Shown here: piece after piece, positions 15,721 through 20,000 of the stretch
Numbering within the stretch: position 1 is the stretch's first letter
How the letters are laid out: the number at the start of each line of letters is the position of its first letter
Virus record (IMG/VR): IMGVR_UViG_3300029889_000001
Location: 53,459 to 73,458 of that record
Direction: 5' to 3' (one strand)
Origin: an uncultured virus (IMG/VR IMGVR_UViG_3300029889_000001)
Taxonomy: Duplodnaviria; Heunggongvirae; Uroviricota; Caudoviricetes
DNA length: 20,000 nucleotides
Made by a program: the position numbers and the translations under genes
Notes under the pieces: model-generated
What the model saw: the letters and a program-made list of their open reading frames with translations, nothing else
Told to the model about the DNA's origin: nothing
The model's database searches: none

Positions 15721-16022
15721 GCAGATATGGATGGGGTTCAGATTATGCTCAAGGTCAACGTGACTTTGAAAGACGCGGGCATAGGGATTATAACCGTGAT
15801 CGTTACGCATCATCCTATACGCCTGATGGGGATTACATGGACGGCTATAGGCAAGCCGAACGCGAAGAGGAGCGCCGCCGCGAGGAAAAAGAAGAACAGG
15901 AACGCGAGGAACGCCGTCAGGAAGAAGCCAGAGCCGAACGTAGGCGGCAGGAGTATTGGGAGATGGAAAGATTGAGAGACGAAGAACAGTATCAAGAGGA
16001 TGAGGAAGAGGTAGTGGAATGA
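15717..16022 (+). CDS. Highly charged Arg/Glu-rich hypothetical protein
   Basis: ATGA-coupled at both ends, SD GGAGG; 101 aa. Confidence 0.7.
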   Translation: MSRYGWGSDYAQGQRDFERRGHRDYNRDRYASSYTPDGDYMDGYRQAEREEERRREEKEEQEREERRQEEARAERRRQEYWEMERLRDEEQYQEDEEEVVE

Positions 16023-16210
16023 GAAACTGTCCGCATAATGTCATACGCCGTAAACGTAAGAGTGATGAGCATGATGAACAGTTCTACGTCTGCGGTTCCT
16101 GCGCAAAACTATTTGAGGTTAAGGAGATTACAGTTGATCCTCCTACACCTCACAACGAACCTATGTTCGACAGACGCCCTCCGTGGGGATTTAGAGAAAG
16201 GCAAGCATGA
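16019..16210 (+). CDS. Small Zn-ribbon-like protein
   Basis: CPH...YVCGSC; ATGA-coupled. Confidence 0.65.
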   Translation: MRNCPHNVIRRKRKSDEHDEQFYVCGSCAKLFEVKEITVDPPTPHNEPMFDRRPPWGFRERQA

Positions 16211-16431
16211 GCACAGTGATGTTTCATTCCGTTTGCGATAAGTGCGGTAAGGAATCAGTCGAATATACCGCCTATGCGTGGTGTAAAGAATGTGGTGACG
16301 ATGTTTGTCCTGATTGCATGGATAAACCTAGTTACGACCCTGAAACCTGTATCGCGTTATGTATTCCTTGCGCGGAAGAGTTGAGGAAAGAAGAGGCTGC
16401 AAGCAACAGCCAGTTTGGAGTTGGAGCATGA
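16207..16431 (+). CDS. Small Cys-rich protein (four CxxC)
   Basis: CDKC, CKEC, CPDC, CIPC; ATGA-coupled. Confidence 0.7.
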   Translation: MSTVMFHSVCDKCGKESVEYTAYAWCKECGDDVCPDCMDKPSYDPETCIALCIPCAEELRKEEAASNSQFGVGA

Positions 16432-16628
16432 GCGATGAAAGCATAACAGGTCTTCTCCTTCGCGCCCACGCGCAAGTAGCAGCGCAAGCACATGGAGAAG
16501 AATTCATTCACAATAACATCTCCGCTAAATGTTTCTACGAAAACGCTCTTCAATCTATCCATTCGGCTATTCAGTCCGTTGCGATGGCACAGGCTTACGT
16601 TTATGGAGATAAGAAACCGAGAGAGTGA
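16428..16628 (+). CDS. Hypothetical protein
   Basis: ATG 16428 by ATGA coupling, SD GGAG; 66 aa. Confidence 0.55.
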   Translation: MSDESITGLLLRAHAQVAAQAHGEEFIHNNISAKCFYENALQSIHSAIQSVAMAQAYVYGDKKPRE

Positions 16629-16629
16629 C

Positions 16630-17016
16630 ATGAAGCGTGGCGGCTACATCAAGCGTAAACCACCTAAGCCTCCTGTTGAGAGGATACCTCTAGCAATTCC
16701 GAGGCCATGTGAAGTGAAAAAAGAGATTGAAGTTGAGCATACCTTCCGAGATGGGAGAACGAAAATCAATCAGAATTGCAAGGAAGGCCGTGATCTTTAC
16801 CAGCAGCGTAAGCGCATCGCATGGGAAAAACAAGGGAAACTGTGCTCTATTTGCCACCTTCACTTAAACTGGGCAGACTCTACAGTAGACCATATCCGAG
16901 TCCGTGGCATGGGAGCCGGGTCTATAGACGACCGCCAGGAAAACATTGCGGCTGCACACGCCACTTGCAACGCTGCTCGTGGAAGTAGAACTCACGGATT
17001 TTATGGGGTTGCATGA
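16630..17016 (+). CDS. HNH endonuclease
   Basis: CSIC...TVDHI...ENIAAAHATCNAARG. Start ATG 16630 just after the upstream stop; ATGA-coupled to the MTase. Confidence 0.85.
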   Translation: MKRGGYIKRKPPKPPVERIPLAIPRPCEVKKEIEVEHTFRDGRTKINQNCKEGRDLYQQRKRIAWEKQGKLCSICHLHLNWADSTVDHIRVRGMGAGSIDDRQENIAAAHATCNAARGSRTHGFYGVA

Positions 17017-18737
17017 GATACCTTTCGGTTTGCTCAGGATTAGGTGGTGCGGAGTTAGCATTTACTTCTCTAGGATGGGAGTGTGCGGCTGTATGCGAAA
17101 TAGATTCCTCTGCTTGCGCTGTGCTTAAAGCAAGATTTCCAGACGTACCTAACTTGGGAGATTTTACAAAGATCGGAGTTGAAGATGTCGGAACAATCGA
17201 CCTTTTGGTCGGAGGAACACCTTGTCAAGATTTCTCAGTCGCCGGTCTCAGAGCAGGAATGGACGGAGATCGTGGTCAACTCACAATCGAGTTCGCTAGG
17301 GTTGCTGAGAGACTCAGGCCCAGATGGTTGGTCTGGGAGAACGTTCCCGGTGTGCTGTCGGTTGACGGAGGACGAGCGTTTGGAACCTTTCTCCGAATCT
17401 TGGGGCAATTCGGGTATGGGTTCGCTTACAGAATTCTTGACGCTCAATACTGCGGAGTTCCACAGCGAAGGCGTAGGGTCTTCGTTGTCGGATATCTTGG
17501 AGACTGGCGTCGTGCCGCAGCGGTACTATTTGAGCGCCAAAGCCTGTCAGGGTATCCTGCGCCGCGCAGAGAAGCGGGGAAAGGCGTTGCCGGATGCCTT
17601 AAAGGTGGCTCTGGAGAGCGTGGCTGGCCCGATCCCTCTGATGGAAACGGAGGAGGACTCATTGAAGTCGCTGGAACTCTGGGAGGAGGAAGCGGAGAAC
17701 GAGGATGGCAGAACCATGACGGAGCAGGGGCATTTGTTCCTGTAGGCCCAACTGGAAGCGGTAAGGATACATTTCCGTGTCTCTGTGCAAACTACGGAGA
17801 TAAGTGGGGGTTAGGCGATCAGGAAGCATTCAAAGGGGATCATCACATACTAACATCCAAGCCTATTTATGCAACCGATGGACAGGTTAACGCTGCTTTT
17901 GCGGAAGATCAAGCCTTGGCTCTTAACGCCACACATGAGCAACCGTATATAGTCGGCACTATGGCTTGCAATACAGGACCAAACGGGCACGACGCAGGGA
18001 ACTTCCAAAGTAATCAAGGGGTAGACTCTGGATATGTTATTCCAGTCGCCTTCACTCAAAACTCAAGAGATGAAGTTAGAGTAATAGGCGATGAAGGAGA
18101 GGTTTCAGGATCGCTCTCAGCGGAAACAGGAACACATCAGACCACTTATCTTGCCTATCGTACAAATGCGGCTGGACAGGTTGATCCTCAAGGAGATAAA
18201 TCCGATGCACTGACATCAAATACCGATCCTTGCACACAAATCCTTGCCTTTGACACGACACAAGTAACCAGCAAAACAAACCGTTCCAATCCGCAAGTAG
18301 GCGATCCATGTCATACACTCGCCAAAGGTTCGGATGCGCCAACGATTGCGTTTAGGACGAATCAAACATCTGCTCAAGGTCCAATTCATTCCGAAGAAGT
18401 AACGGATAGTTTGGCGCAAGATCATCCTCCCGCTGTTGCCTTTGCGTTACAGGGTGGGGGGAAGACTTCACAGAATTCGCAAGGAAGTACAATCAAAGAA
18501 GACTGCTCATTTACCTTAAACGTAACTGATGTGCATGGCATATCCACTGGGATGCAAGTACGCCGTCTTACTCCTACAGAGTGTGAGCGGTTACAAGGCA
18601 TACCTGACGGTTGGACAAAGATTACGGAGAAGTCATCAGATGGACCGCGATACCGAATGATCGGAAACGGCTTCGCTGTTCCTTGCGTGGCGTGGATAGG
18701 AAAAAGGATTCAAATGGTAGAGGATATGCTCAAATGA
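17013..18737 (+). CDS. dcm: DNA (cytosine-5)-methyltransferase with greatly expanded variable region
   Basis: Motif I CSGLGG, II CEID, IV GGTPCQDFS, VI ENVPG, VIII QRRRRVF, IX RRLTPTECERLQG, X IGNGFAVP. Confidence 0.95.
   Translation: MRYLSVCSGLGGAELAFTSLGWECAAVCEIDSSACAVLKARFPDVPNLGDFTKIGVEDVGTIDLLVGGTPCQDFSVAGLRAGMDGDRGQLTIEFARVAERLRPRWLVWENVPGVLSVDGGRAFGTFLRILGQFGYGFAYRILDAQYCGVPQRRRRVFVVGYLGDWRRAAAVLFERQSLSGYPAPRREAGKGVAGCLKGGSGERGWPDPSDGNGGGLIEVAGTLGGGSGERGWQNHDGAGAFVPVGPTGSGKDTFPCLCANYGDKWGLGDQEAFKGDHHILTSKPIYATDGQVNAAFAEDQALALNATHEQPYIVGTMACNTGPNGHDAGNFQSNQGVDSGYVIPVAFTQNSRDEVRVIGDEGEVSGSLSAETGTHQTTYLAYRTNAAGQVDPQGDKSDALTSNTDPCTQILAFDTTQVTSKTNRSNPQVGDPCHTLAKGSDAPTIAFRTNQTSAQGPIHSEEVTDSLAQDHPPAVAFALQGGGKTSQNSQGSTIKEDCSFTLNVTDVHGISTGMQVRRLTPTECERLQGIPDGWTKITEKSSDGPRYRMIGNGFAVPCVAWIGKRIQMVEDMLK
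17185..17745 (+). CDS. Nested +1-frame gene inside the C5-MTase (M.EcoHK31I beta-polypeptide-like)
   Basis: 186-codon same-strand ORF with its own GGAG SD 6 nt before ATG 17185. Contains SLSDILE...PQRYYLSAKACQGILRRAEKRGKALP. Confidence 0.65.
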   Translation: MSEQSTFWSEEHLVKISQSPVSEQEWTEIVVNSQSSSLGLLRDSGPDGWSGRTFPVCCRLTEDERLEPFSESWGNSGMGSLTEFLTLNTAEFHSEGVGSSLSDILETGVVPQRYYLSAKACQGILRRAEKRGKALPDALKVALESVAGPIPLMETEEDSLKSLELWEEEAENEDGRTMTEQGHLFL

Positions 18738-18937
18738 CACCCGATCTATGCCCATATTGCAGCCGCCCCATGCACGTTGGCGTACAGCCAGCGAACCGAA
18801 GGATATGTTCTCTATGCGGTATGCCAATTCGCAAAAGGCATAAGTGGCAGATCGGAAGTGATGGTAGAATTAGACACAAGGATTGTCATAATCCGACAGG
18901 AAATACAGACACAAAGGAATCGAAGGGATTATTTTAG
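18734..18937 (+). CDS. Small Cys/His-rich protein
   Basis: CPYC, CSLC, HKDC; ATGA-coupled to the MTase. Confidence 0.65.
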   Translation: MTPDLCPYCSRPMHVGVQPANRRICSLCGMPIRKRHKWQIGSDGRIRHKDCHNPTGNTDTKESKGLF

Positions 18938-18939
18938 TC

Positions 18940-19323
18940 ATGGGAAATCAGTTTAGTCCGTGGTCTGACTTTGAACTCAACCAACTCAAGGAACTCGCCG
19001 GTCACTTCTCTGCGCCGTACATCAGCACCCAGATCGGACGCTCTACCGAAGGCGTTAGGAAACAAATCAAGAAACTAGGACTGACAAGCTGGGTCAGTAC
19101 ACCGCCTAAACCGCGTCCTGCGGCCTCCAGGACGCCCCCAGAGCGCAAGGAGAAGCCAAAGCCTGTTGACCCCTATCACAAGCCTCTAGCGGTCAGAGAG
19201 GCACGAGTAAAGCACATCAGCTATCCGCCGCTGGAATACTGCATGAACTGCCACTCGCCTGTCTCATCGTGGCAAGATCACGAGTCCAGGATGGGATGGA
19301 ATGGTTGCAAGAGGCCAGCATGA
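18940..19323 (+). CDS. Putative transcription regulator with GcrA/Myb-like N-terminal HTH and C-terminal Zn motif
   Basis: WSDFELNQLKEL...ISTQIGRSTEGVRKQIKKLGL, Pro/Lys linker, CMNC...H...C. Confidence 0.65.
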   Translation: MGNQFSPWSDFELNQLKELAGHFSAPYISTQIGRSTEGVRKQIKKLGLTSWVSTPPKPRPAASRTPPERKEKPKPVDPYHKPLAVREARVKHISYPPLEYCMNCHSPVSSWQDHESRMGWNGCKRPA

Positions 19324-19496
19324 AGTGTAATCACTGCCAATACCTCGAACTAGAGGAAATCACCTGTCGCCGCATCGCCAAGTCATGCAACGAAGGCACC
19401 CAGTGCGCTGAGGAATGGGAAAGAACCGCTCAGATGCTCCTACAGAGGCGGCGAGAACACCTGAAAGTCTGCCGGGAATGCGGATGCAAGCAGTAA
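19320..19496 (+). CDS. Small Cys-rich protein
   Basis: CNHC...H-x3-CREC; ATGA-coupled. Confidence 0.6.
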   Translation: MKCNHCQYLELEEITCRRIAKSCNEGTQCAEEWERTAQMLLQRRREHLKVCRECGCKQ

Positions 19497-19533
19497 GAAT
19501 CCTTACTTTTCTGTAAGCATTTCGTTAAAATGC

Positions 19534-19562
19534 TTGACATTTACAAAAAATCCTTGCATACT
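19534..19562 (+). promoter_or_regulatory. Sigma70-type promoter for a leaderless gene; -35 overlapped by an inverted repeat
   Basis: TTGACA 19534-19539, 17 bp, CATACT 19557-19562, ATG 7 nt later. AAGCATTT/AAATGCTT inverted repeat at 19515-19535. Confidence 0.75.
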
Positions 19563-19569
19563 GCTTGCA

Positions 19570-19791
19570 ATGGACGCAAGGATCAATCTCGGCGATAGAG
19601 TGTACCTAAAGATTGCGGTAGCTGGCGATCCTGGGTGCGTTATCGGCTTTGACCGCTCCGGCAAGGCAATAGTCGAGTGGTACGATCTCGACCTTGGTCA
19701 TCCTACTCGCCACGATCCCGATATGCTCATCCTTGACGAAGGCTTCCGTGTATCCCAACTCGGCTTCGACTTTGACGAGATCGCCGCGTAA
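19570..19791 (+). CDS. Small SH3/KOW-like beta-barrel hypothetical protein
   Basis: INLGDRVYLK...GCVIGF...AIVEW pattern. The ORF-track TTG start at 19534 is the -35 box; ATG 19570 is preferred. Confidence 0.65.
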   Translation: MDARINLGDRVYLKIAVAGDPGCVIGFDRSGKAIVEWYDLDLGHPTRHDPDMLILDEGFRVSQLGFDFDEIAA

Positions 19792-19809
19792 ATTCCTGCA
19801 CTTTTCCGC

Positions 19810-19838
19810 TTGACAACTTTCCAGACAAGGCGCAGAAT
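19810..19838 (+). promoter_or_regulatory. Sigma70-type promoter for a leaderless gene
   Basis: TTGACA 19810-19815, 17 bp, CAGAAT 19833-19838, ATG at 19845. Confidence 0.7.
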
Positions 19839-19844
19839 TATTCC

Positions 19845-20000
19845 ATGCTTAGGAAACCAAAGAAGTCATCATTATTTTGCAAACGAGGCCACCGGAAAAG
19901 CGGCAAGAACCTCATCACACGCATCCGAGACGGCAAGAAGATACTTGAATGCCGAACCTGCGCTAACGCATCCCTGCAAGCACGGCGAGAGGCTAGGAAG
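19845..20000 (+). CDS. Basic Zn-finger protein (CKRGH...CRTC), truncated by window edge
   Basis: Hand translation: MLRKPKKSSLFCKRGHRKSGKNLITRIRDGKKILECRTCANASLQARREARK. This motif is typical of the Zn finger attached to phage HNH proteins. Confidence 0.65.
   Translation, partial: MLRKPKKSSLFCKRGHRKSGKNLITRIRDGKKILECRTCANASLQARREARK

Larger units (their letters stand above)
1..19999. mobile_element. Phage/prophage early region (recombination, replication, DNA modification and accessory genes); extends beyond both edges
   Basis: Divergent gene arms with ATGA/GTGA coupling and many short ORFs. Contains phage-type initiator, primase-helicase, HNH, DUF5131, C5-MTase and Cas4-like nuclease. No housekeeping operons. 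Confidence 0.93.

Noticed and set aside
16630..18737. HNH + C5-MTase as a type II restriction-modification pair
   Set aside because: The HNH protein is short (128 aa) and typical of phage nin-region nucleases, and orphan MTases are common in phages. Not excluded, but unsupported.
19492..19511. Intrinsic terminator AGTAAG-AATC-CTTACT-TTT after the 19320-19496 gene
   Set aside because: The stem is AT-rich and only 6 bp with a short U tract; too weak to call.

Overview
This window is the early/replication region of a tailed phage or prophage, with no structural, integrase or repressor genes in view. The host is possibly an acidobacterium, a weak inference from one regulator-like gene. Two densely packed, ATGA/GTGA-coupled arms diverge from a ~420-bp control region (11224-11645) carrying back-to-back sigma70-type promoters. 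The leftward (-) arm has small hypothetical genes, a putative single-strand-annealing protein, a Cas4/RecB-like nuclease and a Rad50/SbcC-like ATPase that the ORF track missed and that runs off the left edge. Between these recombination genes sits the most unusual element: a J-domain/pseudokinase + vWA + divergent adenylosuccinate-synthetase-like cassette, preceded by a structured RNA able to pair with the ribosome-binding site. The PurA-like enzyme keeps the catalytic Asp/His (so it is not PurZ) but has lost the aspartate-binding loop. The rightward (+) arm has a structured leader, a DUF1376-type replication initiator with an internal iteron/A-rich origin candidate, a primase-helicase fusion, a DUF5131 protein, a pseudo-receiver, an HNH nuclease, a large C5 cytosine methyltransferase with a nested +1-frame gene, many Cys-rich microproteins and two apparently leaderless genes. 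All family calls come from reading motifs by eye; no database search was run.
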